Positions 1 to 12,831 of a DNA stretch of 64,000 nt are shown in pieces. The stretch is taken from positions 77,438,001-77,502,000 of the forward strand of contig OX597830.1 of assembly GCA_951406725.2 (NCBI GenBank). Direction: 5' to 3'. Under the pieces are notes generated by a model. The model was not told where the DNA came from and ran no database searches. It saw nothing but the letters and a program-made list of their open reading frames with translations. Each line of letters begins with the position of its first letter. Within the stretch, counting starts at the first letter, position 1. This stretch comes from Octopus vulgaris (taxonomy: Eukaryota). The translations under genes and the position numbers were made by a program.

Positions 1-133
1 TGAATGTGCGCATGTATTTCTTCATCTCATACCCCCATCTTCTAGCCTTCAATAAGTCCTGGGTCGGATTTGTTCGACTAAAGACAGTGCTCCAGCATGG
101 ACCAGTCAGATTACTGAAACAAATAAAAGAATA

Positions 134-514
134 TCTTTATATATAAAAGTGTCTGTCTCCTACGACTTAGATTCCTAACTACTCCCACATTTTGCGGTGC
201 AATGTAACCAAAAGCGGGTATCTTATAGTCGGGATTCATATCGAACCCTGGGTATTAGCGCGCGTCTACGATGAGTCTACGATTTAAAAAAAAATTTACC
301 ATCATTTTTCCCATTTTTAATGCATTTTTTTGATATTATATAAGGGAAGTAACTCTCTAAAAATGTATAATTAAATCTCAGAACGTAAAAAGCTACAGTA
401 ACACTCCCCTTTGTGGTTAGCCATATTGAGATGGCTATTATACTTTACATCTCTAAAAATCATTATATAGTTATTTCCCTTACAAACCCGAGCAACGCCG
501 GGCAATACTGCTAG
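134..514 (+). mobile_element. Non-autonomous Helitron-like element
   Basis: Starts a|TCtttatatataaaa at 134 and ends CCCGAGCaacGCCGGG hairpin (487-502) + caatactgCTAG|t at 514. Insertion between A and T, no TSD: canonical Helitron termini. Confidence 0.75.
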
Positions 515-569
515 TATGATTTTGATTTTTCCAGTTTCAGCTAATGAGCTGTGGCCATGCTGGGGCATA

Positions 570-778
570 AAGTTAATCCAAACAAGAAAGCACAAAAAAA
601 ACACAACAACGCGAGGACGTGGAACAAATATAGTATTATTGGACGCTCAGGAAAGAAGGAAAGAAGGAAGGTTTAACGTTTCGAGCGGAGCCCTTCGTCG
701 GAAACATAGAAGAAGGAAAGTTCCAGAGAAGGGAAAACAGAGGAAAAGAATCGCTAACGGTACACATGAGGTCACATA
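570..778 (-). mobile_element. Short PLE pseudo-LTR-like repeat carrying a minimal hammerhead motif (family A, copy 1)
   Basis: Reverse-complement homolog of 35908-36120. Contains GTTT-CCGACGA-agggc-tcc-gctc-GAAA-cgT-T-AAAC on the minus strand (671-705). Confidence 0.6.
671..705 (-). ncRNA. Minimal type I hammerhead-like motif (U4C core variant)
   Basis: Stem I gttt/aaac, core CCGACGA, stem II gggc/gctc, GAAA, palindromic ACGT stem III, GUU triplet. Confidence 0.5.
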
Positions 779-804
779 GATAGATAGATATAGATATATA
801 TATG

Positions 805-859
<55 letters not shown>

Positions 860-870
860 GTATGTATATA

Positions 871-2736
871 TAACTTAGAATAACTTAGAAAGGTTTTTGG
901 CCAGTATTGGCCCAGGCCATGTCTAACTTAATAGCACCACCTGGCGAAGTCTTTCAGTTCAGGATTTGGGCACCAAGGCCCATTCGAGCAGAGAGTTATT
1001 GTTTGCGGAGACATATCCGGGTGTGGGTGGTTTGTCCGGTACTGTTTGAAGGAATTTGTCCAAAGACTTCTTGAATTTTGTGTGGTCAGTTTCTTTTTTG
1101 ACGTGTCCTGGTGTAATGTTGAAGAGAGCGGGTCCAATTGAGGTGAAATAGTTGTGCCGTATTGTCGTTATGTGATGCGATTTAGATTTTTGTTGTGGAC
1201 GGATGGCACGTGGTCCAAGCCTTGGATGCATTTTGAAGGTGATGCCAACATCATTCGGACAGTGCTGATGGAATATTTTCCACATCATACAGATAATGTA
1301 GCGTTCACGGCGTCGTTGGAGTGAATACAATTTCAGCTTCTCTAGTCTACCCCAGTAGTCAAGGTCTGACATGCCATCTATCTTTTTTGTGATTGACCTT
1401 TGGGGAGCTTCAATTCTCATAATATTTTGTTTTGTGTAGGGAGACCACAGTGGACAGCAGTATTCAAGGTGGGGTCGGGCAAAAGTGGAGAAGAGAAGGA
1501 TAATAGCGTGGGAATCTCTCGACTGGAAGGTTCTGAGAATCCAGGAACACATTCTGCGGGCCATGTCAACTTTGCTGCTTATATGTGTAGCCCAGCTTAT
1601 GTTGTTGTCCACTGTTACTCCCAGGTCTCTGATGTTGTTGGATGCCATGAGAATTTCTCCAGAAGGAAGAGAGTATGGGAGTTTCAGAGCGTCCTCCCTT
1701 CCAAAGTGGATCAGTTCGAATTTGTCTTCATTTAGCAACATGTTATTCTTTTCCGCCCATTGGACAACAGCCAGTAGGTCTGACTGAAGGTTTATTCGGT
1801 CATCCACGCCATTGATGACCTTCTGGAGCTTGGAATCATCAGCGAAGGTTCTGATGTTGCTGTGTTTGATGGTGTCAGTAATATCATTTATGTAGATGAT
1901 GAAGAGAAGTGGGCCCAACACAGTGCCTTGTGGGACACCACTGCTGACTTTGGCTGGGCTGGATTTGACTCCTTCGACTACAACATGTTGGGTTCTGTTA
2001 GAGAGGAAGCACTTGATCCATTGCAGCAGCTTTCCAGTGACACCAATATTGGACAGCTTTCTCAGAAGGATCTTATGATCAACCCTGTCAAAGGCCTTGC
2101 TGAAATCAAGGTAGATGACATCAGTGTTGGAACCCTCTCCCAAGGCTCTCAAAATGTCATCAAAATGATGCAGTAGCTGCGTCAGGCAATCTCTCCCATT
2201 ACGGAATCCATGCTGGTTGGGGTTCAGCATATTATGACTCTCAAGGAAGTGAGTCATACGCGATCTCAGCACCCTCTCAAATACCTTGATGATATGAGAG
2301 GTGAGTGAGATTGGACGGTAATTCACGGCAAGCGATTTGTTTCCTTTTTTGAAAACTGGGACAACAGACTGGGATAGAAGGTCTTCTGGTATATATCCAG
2401 CATCCAATGAGTTCCGCCACAGATTGGCTAGAGGGGGTGCAAGTTGGTTTTGACACATCTTCAAGACACAAGCAGGGAACCTATCGGGACCTACTGCTGA
2501 ATTATGCTTCATTTCCTTTATTGCTGCTAAGACATCAGGAGCGCCAAATGTTATGTCCGATAAAGTGTATTGGGGAGTAACATCACTGATACAGCCCAGA
2601 TCAGTCATATCAGGATTGCTGAAAACAGAGCAATATTGTTTCTGCAATATTTCTCCCATGGTTTTGGCATTGTCTTGAAGAGTACCATTTTCATCAATCA
2701 GAGGGCCAACAGTAGAACCAGTGACTCTGTGTTTTT
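871..2736 (-). mobile_element. 5'-truncated LINE (CR1/L2/Jockey-group non-LTR retrotransposon)
   Basis: RT frame is open up to the truncation at (TA)n near 2736. Short 3' UTR ends in a tandem (ttctaagtta)x2 tail at 871-890. Flanked by (TA)n on both sides. Confidence 0.93.
959..2659 (-). CDS. LINE ORF2 reverse transcriptase domain and C-terminus (endonuclease lost to truncation)
   Basis: 566 aa with motifs NYRPISLTS, QHGFR, YLDFSKAFDRV, GVPQGTVLGPLLFIIYIND, FADD, DLGV, RPHLEYC, LQRRRER. No stops or frameshifts. Confidence 0.93.
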   Translation of the reverse strand: MGEILQKQYCSVFSNPDMTDLGCISDVTPQYTLSDITFGAPDVLAAIKEMKHNSAVGPDRFPACVLKMCQNQLAPPLANLWRNSLDAGYIPEDLLSQSVVPVFKKGNKSLAVNYRPISLTSHIIKVFERVLRSRMTHFLESHNMLNPNQHGFRNGRDCLTQLLHHFDDILRALGEGSNTDVIYLDFSKAFDRVDHKILLRKLSNIGVTGKLLQWIKCFLSNRTQHVVVEGVKSSPAKVSSGVPQGTVLGPLLFIIYINDITDTIKHSNIRTFADDSKLQKVINGVDDRINLQSDLLAVVQWAEKNNMLLNEDKFELIHFGREDALKLPYSLPSGEILMASNNIRDLGVTVDNNISWATHISSKVDMARRMCSWILRTFQSRDSHAIILLFSTFARPHLEYCCPLWSPYTKQNIMRIEAPQRSITKKIDGMSDLDYWGRLEKLKLYSLQRRRERYIICMMWKIFHQHCPNDVGITFKMHPRLGPRAIRPQQKSKSHHITTIRHNYFTSIGPALFNITPGHVKKETDHTKFKKSLDKFLQTVPDKPPTPGYVSANNNSLLEWALVPKS

Positions 2737-2905
2737 ATATATATATATATATATATCTGTATGTATATATATATATACTATATAGACTATAGTAGAAAAC
2801 ACATGTCTAAGGCACCATACCACACTGCCAGGCTTGTACCTATATATGTATATATGTATATATGCATGTATATATGTACGTATACATACACATACATAAA
2901 TGTGT

Positions 2906-2946
<41 letters not shown>

Positions 2947-3119
2947 ATATTTGATTGATGGATAGACAGATGGGTATAGTGACCAGGGTGTATATATGTC
3001 TTCTGTTAGTGGTATTTTTGTTCTTCGTTCCTTTTCCTCTATGTTTCCAATATTATCTGATGTTATACCAAAATATCTACTTACTCAAATAAACACACAT
3101 TTTGTACCATATATATATG

Positions 3120-3186
<67 letters not shown>

Positions 3187-3765
3187 TCACATACGTACGC
3201 ACACTTACGCGCACGCATACACCTCCCCCACCCACACACCCACACCAACACACACTCACAAACAAACAAAACTCGAGTCACTGAACATATCTTAACCTCA
3301 CTACGAAAACTTCAGCGCCATTTCCTTTTTTGAACTCGCCATTATGATTTATGTGTTTCGGTTGTGTTTAATTTGTTTTTTCGTTCAAATCGTAGGATTT
3401 ATTTGTATGTTGATTTTGTGTGTTTTTTTACGGTACTGCTTTTGTTATAGTCCCTATCAATTATTTTCATTGTTGTTGTAGCTGATGTTGTTGCTGGCGT
3501 TGCTGAGGCTCGTGTGGTGTTGCTCTGTTAATGCTTTTGGTCTGACGGCCTGAATCGCTCCTTTTCTTTTTTTTTTCTTCCTTTGTTGGTTAAAGTCGTT
3601 GCCGTTCATTCACGTCTTGGACATTCCTGTGCTGTTTTAGTTTCGCTTATTTCTCTAATTATGTATATTTATTTGTCTTGATTTCCTTCGTGTTTCTCTT
3701 TTATTATTTATCTTTGAGACCAAAGGTTAAAAAGTTCGTTTCGCAGTCTTCATATGTATATATAT

Positions 3766-4183
3766 TCTTTTACTCTTTTACTTGTTTCAGTCATTTGACT
3801 GCGGCCATGCTGGAGCACCGCCTTTTAATCGAGCAAATCGACCCCGGGACATATTCTTTTGTAAGCCCAGTACTTATTCTATCGGTCTCTTTTGCCGAAC
3901 CGCTAAGTAACGGGGACATAAACACACCGGCATCGGTTGTCAAGCAATGCTAGGGGGACAAACACAGACACACAAACACACACACACACACACACATATA
4001 TAAATATATATACATATATACGACAGACTTCTTTCAGTTTCCGTCTACCATATCCACTCACAAGGCTTTGGTTGGCCCGAGGCTATAGTAGAAGACACTT
4101 GCCCAAGGTGCCACGCAGTGGGACTGAACCCGGAACCATGTGGTTGGTAAACAAGCTACTTACCACACAGCCACTCCTGCGCC
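3766..4183 (-). mobile_element. tRNA-derived SINE family 1, full length
   Basis: Head ggcgcaggagtggctgtgtggtaag...ggttccgggttcagtccc with A/B-box-like motifs, internal microsatellite, (gtaaaaga)n tail. Near-identical copies across the window. Confidence 0.88.
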
Positions 4184-4877
4184 TATATATATATGCATAT
4201 ATATATATATTCGTGTGTGTGTTTGTGTTTCTCCTTCTACCATCGCTTGACAACCGATGCTGGTGTGTTTACGTCTCCGTAACTTATTAGTTTGGCAAAA
4301 GAGACCGATAAAATAAGTACAAGGCTTACAAAGTATAAGTTCTGGGGTCGATTTGATCGACTAGAGGCGGTGCTCCAGCTTGGCAGCAGTCAAAAGAGTA
4401 AAAGTATATATATATTTTTTTTACTCTCTTTACTTGTTTCAGTCATTTGATTGTGGCCATATAGATATATGTGTGTATATATGCGTGTGTGTGTGTATTT
4501 ATGTGTGTGTATACGTATTCACACACATGTTCAGATTTCGAGTTAAAAGCACCGTATTAAATGAATATTGTCGGTGTCTCAAACTTAACATCCGTGTTTT
4601 TTTTAAGCTCTTTTGGGCTGCGGTATTTTATTTAGGCAGGAGAAATGCATAATATACATACAAATATACACACGAATAAAAACACTCACACAGACACACA
4701 CACATATACATACAAAGACACACACACACACATGAGATACATATATAGATATATAGATATGTACATATACATGTGTGTGTGTCTGATTATAAATGAATAT
4801 GGGGTAGCTATATATACAAATAAGTAGATATACAAATAAGTATAGGTACAAATAAGTATCAGCATATTTCGTTATGT

Positions 4878-5068
4878 TTGGGAGAGTCATTCTCTTTTTG
4901 TACCTTATTATTTAACACGCTCACCGTTTATGTTTCCACTCATTTATTTATTTATTTTTCCTAAAATTTTCGTTGCGCCTTGCAACCTCTTCAAAATTCG
5001 TTGAGTGAACCACCATTGAAAAGGTGAATGGGTTAAATAATAAGGCACAAAAAGAGAACGACTCTCCC
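4878..5068 (-). repeat. Inverted repeat enclosing a degenerate hammerhead-like motif
   Basis: gggagagtcattctctttttgtaccttattatttaac (about 4879-4916) vs gttaaataataaggcacaaaaagagaacgactctccc (about 5032-5068). Minus strand TTGAAGA-g-gttgc-aaggc-gcaac-GAAA at about 4965-4995. Confidence 0.6.
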
Positions 5069-5080
5069 CCCTGAGCATCT

Positions 5081-5293
5081 CTCTTTACTCTCTCTTTTAC
5101 TTGTTTCAGTCATTTGACTGCGGCCATGCTGGAGCACCGCCTTTAATCGAGCAACTCGACCCCGGGACTTATTCTTTTGTAAGCCCAGTACTTATTCTAT
5201 CGGTCTCTTTTGTCGAACCGCTAAGTAGCGGGGACATAAACACACCAGCATCGGTTGTCAAGTAATGCTAGGGGGACAAACACAGACACACAA

Positions 5294-5332
<39 letters not shown>

Positions 5333-5503
5333 CATATATACGACGGGCTTCTTTCAGTTTCCGTCTACCAAATCCACTCACAAGGCTTTGGTCGGCCCGA
5401 GGCTATAGTAGAAGACACTTTCCCAAGGTGTCACGCAGTGGGACTGAACCAGGAACCATGTGGTTGGTAAACAAGCTACTTACCACAGAGCCACTCCTGC
5501 GCC
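5081..5503 (-). mobile_element. SINE family 1, full length
   Basis: Same head, body and tail as 3766-4183. Confidence 0.88.
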
Positions 5504-5572
5504 TGATCTGATAATACAATACTTCAAACACGTCCTCGCGTTATTGTTCTATATTTTGTTCTTTGTTCGGAT

Positions 5573-5606
<34 letters not shown>

Positions 5607-6116
5607 AAACGGAGAATGTTACACAAATACAATAAAAATAATAATAACAGGACATAACAAAAGGTGATTTTCGACTAAGGACCAATTGAATTAAGCTGGT
5701 GTGTGTGGAAATAAAGCCTTACGGCAGGGATGCAATATTTCACAGGCACAGAGAGGAATATCGGTGATGCACGGACGACAGCTGTACTAATATATATATA
5801 TATAAACGACGGGCTTCTTTCAGTTTCCGTCTAACACATCCACTCACAAGGCTTTTGTCGACCCGAGGTTACGGCAGACGACACCTGCCCAAGGTGCCAT
5901 GCAGTGAGACTGATCCCGGAACCTTGTGGTTGAGATACAAGTTTCTTACCATACATGTACCACAAATATAACCAAACAGGCATACCTAAATATATACATA
6001 TATACTGATGTACCCAAGAAAGCATAATAAATATATACGTATACATATAATATATATATATATACTTACATATGTGAGTGTGTATGTGTGTGTATGTAAA
6101 TGTGCGTGTGTGTGTG

Positions 6117-6155
<39 letters not shown>

Positions 6156-6369
6156 GACAGACAGACAGACAGACATACTGACAGACAGACAGACAGAGAC
6201 TTCCTTGCAGTCTATTGGAAATGTGAAGATCTCGAATATATTATAAACTTTTCTTGAATTACTTCGCCTCTTTTCGGGATACGGTAATATTGGTTTCAGT
6301 TCTTGGCACAGCTAGCCTATCACATCGTCCCCAGTACTCAGCTGGTACTTATTTTATCCACCTAGGTTG

Positions 6370-7185
6370 AAGTAATATTGGGACTTTTTGCTGTTTATTT
6401 TTACATATATGTGCATCTTGGACGAGAGTGACATTTAATAGTTAGCTACTTTCGTGTTATTTTACAAATGAAATAGAAAGATTATAATATTTAAAGAATC
6501 TAAGAAGGGCCTTTGTCTATAAGAAGGACATCGACTTTGTACAAAACTCCGGATAAGTTGGGAAAGAGTTAGTTAATTTGGGAAAAGAAGGAAGTATCTA
6601 AACAGGTCGGTAACCTAAGCAGAGTCGGATGAGCCCAGGTTTATATCAAATAGATCCACTGACGATTTACGGGACTAGTAATTACTGTTTACATATAGAA
6701 GTGTTTTTCTAGCTGCTATGATGATTTCGATGCCAGAGCGAGAGATGGGTGCGAATTTTATTGCAAATATTTGTGCCTTATTTAATAAATTTAGTAGGTG
6801 CTGTAGCTGGAAATATCGAACTGAAGTGGGTAAATACGACACGTTACCATTACAATTCCAAAGTGAAAGCTTACTTTGCTTTTTACTGCAGGTAAAATTC
6901 GGTCGATTATGCATATAATGTGATCTAAATCTGATTTTATTGGGTAAATAAGTCTAATAGAAGCTTTCATGAAATTGTGATATGATCGTTGAAGGTAAAG
7001 TATGTAGAGGTAGGTATATATGGCTCAGTTCTATCTAGTAATCCGAGGTTCACGATAAGCTTGAAATGGAGTTTGCTAATATCCTTAAGAGCATTCCTAA
7101 GGGCGTGTATATAACTTCTGCTAAGTCCGCTGCATATGAACTTAGCATAGGTATCAACCGGGAGGAGGAGTAACGATTCCCGGTT
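6370..7185 (-). pseudogene. Decayed Penelope-like (Neptune-type) reverse transcriptase fragment
   Basis: Minus-strand pieces in order: YFTFNDH, SIRLIYPIKSDL, LLNKAQIFA..ISRSGIEIIIAARKTLLY, FDINLGSSDSA-VTDL, GVLYKVDVL. These match recalled PLE RT motifs AFITLKDHK, RLINPAKSELG, IIxxARKSLLF, FDVTMGSYDGAEVCEL, GLYRDDGL. Stops and frameshifts present. Confidence 0.75.
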
Positions 7186-7257
7186 TTATCCGTAAAAATG
7201 ATGTGGAGCATTTTTTATCCAAAAGATAGTCCTGGAAAGACCCCTCTTATTCTTCTC

Positions 7258-7303
<46 letters not shown>

Positions 7304-7306
7304 TCT

Positions 7307-7709
7307 ATTCTTTCTTTTATTCTTTTACTTGTTTCAGTCATTTGATTGTGGCCATGCTGGAGCACCGCCTTTAATCGAGCAACTCGACCCCGGGACTTAT
7401 TCTTTGTAAGCCCAGTACTTATTCTATCAGTCTCTTTTGCCGAACCGCTAGGTGACGGGGACGTAAACACACCAGCATCGGTTGTCAAGCAATGCTAGGG
7501 GACAAACACAGACACACAAACATGCATGCACATACATATATATATATATATACATATATACGACGGGCTTCTTTCAGTTTCCATCTACCAAATCCACTCA
7601 CAAGGCATTGGTCGGCCAGGAGCTATAGCAGAAGACACTTGCCCAAGGTGCCACGCAGTGGGACTGAACCCGGAACCATGTGGTTGGTAAACAAACTACT
7701 TACCACACA
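7307..7709 (-). mobile_element. SINE family 1, nearly full length
   Basis: Same sequence; the head end is cut by the adjacent hairpin element. Confidence 0.85.
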
Positions 7710-7868
7710 ATTAAATTAGAGATAAAACCACTATTAGGCAAATCAAACAATGAAAAAATAAACCAAAACATAAAAATAAACATGTATTAATTATGCTTAT
7801 TTTTATGTTTTGGTTTATGTTTTTCACTGTTTGATTTGCCCAATAGTGGTTTTATCTCTAATTTAATT
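7709..7868. repeat. About 160-bp near-perfect inverted repeat (hairpin)
   Basis: aattaaattagagataaaaccactattaggcaaatcaaaca... vs ...tgtttgatttgcccaatagtggttttatctctaatttaatt. Confidence 0.85.
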
Positions 7869-7941
7869 TATATTTATACTGTGAAATTGGATTTAATCTT
7901 AAATCTAATTTTTCCCTGTAAGTTTGGATTTACTCCCTAAC

Positions 7942-7999
<58 letters not shown>

Positions 8000-8012
8000 T
8001 AAATATAGATAA

Positions 8013-8067
<55 letters not shown>

Positions 8068-8401
8068 TGTATGTTTGTATGTATGTATATCTGTATGTAT
8101 GTATATGTGTATGTATGTATGTATGTATATGTGTATGTGAGAATGCATTTATATATATGTTTGTGTGTGTATGTTTGTCCGTGTATCTTTTACTCACTCT
8201 CTCTCTCTCTCACTGTCACTCTCTCTCTTTCTCTCCCCCTCTTTCTCTCCCTCCCGCTCTCCTTCCCTACCTCTGTCTGTCTGTCTCTATGTTACAGCTT
8301 TGATCATGCTGGTGTTCATTAATCCTTCCTTAACAGATGGTATTTGACGAATGAGGTAGTTAGACACTGCTGCCTTTATTTTTACACACACACACACACA
8401 C

Positions 8402-8481
<80 letters not shown>

Positions 8482-8495
<14 letters not shown>

Positions 8496-8864
8496 CCGAA
8501 GTTGTCTGTGTATGGCAGGCTTGGTAGCCTTCAACTAACACTATTTCCTCCGAGACCCTGCGGCGCAAGTTGACCATAATTGAGAGTATGATAGAAGAAA
8601 GCTTGCTCTTCCTTCCGTAGAAGAAAAAAATTCAAATCGTACCATGTTAACACCAAATATTATTTACATCAAAAAGGTGCTGTTTTTCTATTAAAAGCCC
8701 TATTTTTTTACGATTCGTTGACTGTGGTGTTGCCATTATTCGGTGTATTTCAACCAGAAATATGTGCGCTTAAAGAGAATAAAAAGCTACATAATGCAAA
8801 ATTTTTACTTTTCAAAAATTCCAATTCTAAAGGGTCGAAAGGCAACGCTGGGCGATACTGCTAG
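8482..8864 (+). mobile_element. Second non-autonomous Helitron-like element
   Basis: Begins in (TA)n-tataaagccgaagttgtctgt and ends ggcaacgctgggcgatactgCTAG|t, the same 3' terminus as 134-514 but with an unrelated interior. Confidence 0.6.
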
Positions 8865-8947
8865 TATATATATATATATATATATATATATAAGTACCAC
8901 GTCCTTGCATAGTTGTTTTTTCATGTTTGTTCTTTTTGTAGATTTGC

Positions 8948-9000
<53 letters not shown>

Positions 9001-9156
9001 ATTTATGTATCTATGTATACATATAATATATAATATATCACTGCACACACGCAGCACACAAAAGCTCACAAGATTAGATACACAAGTATCACATAACCAT
9101 AGCAACACTGAAAACTTTTCCTGAGAACATTGCTTAACATATTATTAAAAAAAAAA

Positions 9157-9212
<56 letters not shown>

Positions 9213-9261
9213 GTGAGTGTTTCTGTAAATGTGCGTGTGTATATATATATATATATGTATA

Positions 9262-9312
<51 letters not shown>

Positions 9313-9326
9313 ATATGTATGCACAG

Positions 9327-9361
<35 letters not shown>

Positions 9362-9709
9362 AAACAACTTTATTGCTTAAAGACTTAACAACTGATTATT
9401 TTTTTAATCCTACCAGTAACAAATTTATATTAACTTATTTAAACTGCTACGACATAAAAATAATTTATATATACATATTCTTTAAACAGCTGGAATCTGT
9501 TTTGAGCAATATTAACATGTTTTTTTCTTCTCTTTTTACATTTAACAACATTTGTTAGTAAACCAAGCTTTTATTTTCAAATATTAATAACATTTATTAA
9601 AATATATAAACCCATTAGTACGACTGCATTAAATCTATCTGCATTAGACTTCTGTCCAACCAAGAAGCCACATATACTTTCACTTAGCTTTCGCTTAACT
9701 GTTATATTC

Positions 9710-9778
<69 letters not shown>

Positions 9779-10189
9779 TACATATATATATATATATATC
9801 ATACATACATATTTATATATATATATGTATGTATGTGTGTATATGTATATATATATATATAGATACATACAAACATACATCCATAACTACATACATGCAC
9901 ATACATACGGACTGCATGCATACATAGATGCATATATGCATACATACAAGCATACAAGAATACATGCATACATGCATTCATACTTATATACATATATACT
10001 CTAACTGAATAAAAAAAATTAACACTTTGCATAGAGTGAAATATTCCTTATTGGAAATTGACAGTGATTTCGATGTTTCGTTCATTAAGTTTAGTTTAGT
10101 AACAAATGTTATATATAAAAATTAGATATTAGGAAATATTGCTCTAAAGAGATTCTAGCTGTTTAAAGAATATGGTTATATATTCTTAA

Positions 10190-10368
10190 GGCGTAGGAGT
10201 GGCTATGTGGTAAGTAGCTTGCTTACCAACCACATGGTTCCGGGTTCAGTCCCACTGTGTGGGGCCTTGGGAAAGTGTCTTCTAGTATAGCCTCGGGCCG
10301 ACCAAAGCCTTGTTAGTGGATTTAGTAGACGGAAACTGAAAGAAGCCCGTCGTATATAAGTATATGTT

Positions 10369-10405
<37 letters not shown>

Positions 10406-10616
10406 TTTTGTGTTTGTCCCCGTCTCCAACATTGCTTGACAACCGATGATGGTGTGTTTACGTCCCCGTAACTTAGCGGTTCGGCAAAAAGAGACCGATA
10501 GAATAAGTACTAGGCTTACAAAGAGTAAGTCCTGGGGTCGATTTGCTCGACTACAAAGCAGTGCTCCAGCATGGCCACAGTCAAATGACTGAAACATGTA
10601 AACGAGTAAAAGAGTA
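10190..10616 (+). mobile_element. SINE family 1, full length
   Basis: Head ggcgtaggagtggctatgtggtaag through tail gagtaaaagag. Confidence 0.88.
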
Positions 10617-10835
10617 TATAAATTATTTATATAATACACAGTGTTTCAAATAAGTTAATATAAATCTGTTATTGGTAGGAATAAAGAAAAGAATGCGTTG
10701 CTAAATCTTTTAGTGCTAAGTATTTTTTTTTTACACATTTATATTCTAAGATATTAAGAAAAAATGATATGTGTTCGTACCTGTCTATGTGGATTCATAC
10801 TTGTGAATCTGAAGTTGTGTGTTTGTGTGTGCGTG

Positions 10836-10880
<45 letters not shown>

Positions 10881-11124
10881 TGTGTGTGTGTGCGTGTGCG
10901 TGTGCGTGTGTGTATGTGTATGTGTGTGTTTGTGTGTTTCTATGTTCGTATGTGCCTTAGTCTTTATGTATGCCTCGTATATTTGAGAACTGTTGTCAAT
11001 TCGTTTACGTCACCGTAACATATCTGCTCGGTTTAAGAGGGTGAGATAGCAAGTACCAGATTTAAATATATATATGTACATGTAAATGTATATATATATA
11101 TAAAGAGAGAGAGAGAGAGAGAGA

Positions 11125-12328
11125 TATGGACACCCACTTTAGCAGCTGATGCCTCAATTGATGTTTTTTTTCTTTCCAGATTAAACTCACTGGAATTAAT
11201 GATGGCAGTTAGACTAATCTTTGAAGAAAGGAAATTTATTCTAAGATGCTATTGGAAGTGTGAAAAGGCAGTTGAAGAGCAAAGACAGTTTAGGAGGGAG
11301 TTTCAAATAGATCCACAAACGTGACTTACCATCGCTCGAATTAGAGGTAAGTTTGAAGCCGATGGAACTGTTCATAATGTCCTCGAGAAGTGTTCCAGAA
11401 GACCACGAACATCGACAACCCATACAAAGCAAGAAGGAGTGGAAACGTATCACGAAAGTTCAAGCAAGCGAGTCGTGAGGTAGGTATTTCAAAGTCGTCT
11501 GTCCAACGCATTTTGAAGCGTTGTCAATGGACAAGTTATGTTCCAAGATTGGTCCATGCTGTTAATGACGATGATCCAGACCGAAGAGTGCAGTATTACG
11601 AGTGCTACTTGGCACGATGTGTAGAAGATGCACACATTCCAACAAAGATTGTGGAGTGATGAGGACACATTCAAATTAAATGGTGCAATTAACCGCTACA
11701 GTTGTACCTACGGGGTACCTGAGGATCTGCATGTTATGGTGGAAGACCATGTAAATTTATCAGGAGTTACATTGTGGTGTGGTTTATCATCAAGAGGATT
11801 AATTGGATCATTAATTTTTGACTCTATTGCAACTGGTCCCGTTTACTTGCACTTGCTACGACAGTCGGTCATGCCAAGCATTAGAGAAAACTTTGAAGAT
11901 GAGGAGTTTTATTTTCAGCAAGATGAGGCACTCCCACACTACCATCGCTATGTTAGATCCTTCCTTGGTGAGATATTGCCAAACAGTTGGATTGGAGGAA
12001 GGGATTTCGTTGAATACACTCCACATTCACCGGACCTCACACCACAAGATTTTTTTTTTTATAGGGATACCTAAAAGACAAAGTCTTCGCTATGATACCT
12101 GCAACAATCACTGATTTGAGAGCAAACACTGAATGAGAATGCACACAAATATCAAACGAATTGTTTCATGATGCCTGGGACACGACAGACGTCAGTTTGA
12201 AAATAGGCGTTGAGAAAATAATAAAATAATGTCTGTAGATTCTATTAAATTTTGAAAATAAAATGTATTTTAATAAACACCTACTTTGCAATTATTTAAA
12301 ATGCGTATACATTTTTTGGGACACCCTG
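11125..12328 (+). mobile_element. Tc1/mariner-superfamily DNA transposon relic, DD41D (rosa/Visitor) type
   Basis: Right TIR ...atacattttttgggacaccctg|TA at 12328; left TIR eroded by microsatellite. Contains a decayed transposase. Confidence 0.85.
11199..12212 (+). pseudogene. DD41D transposase pseudogene
   Basis: N-terminus MMAVRLIFEERKFILRCYWK..., then [31 protein letters not shown] count 41 residues between the second and third catalytic Asp. Stops and frameshifts present. Confidence 0.85.
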
Positions 12329-12341
12329 TATATATACAGAT

Positions 12342-12664
<323 letters not shown>

Positions 12665-12761
12665 TTATATATAATTTTACTGAATATGGTCCTTTTCAAA
12701 ACCGAAAAACTACTTGGTGAAATTTGTTGATTTTATTAAATTAATTATATTTCAGCCTTTA

Positions 12762-12831
<70 letters not shown>

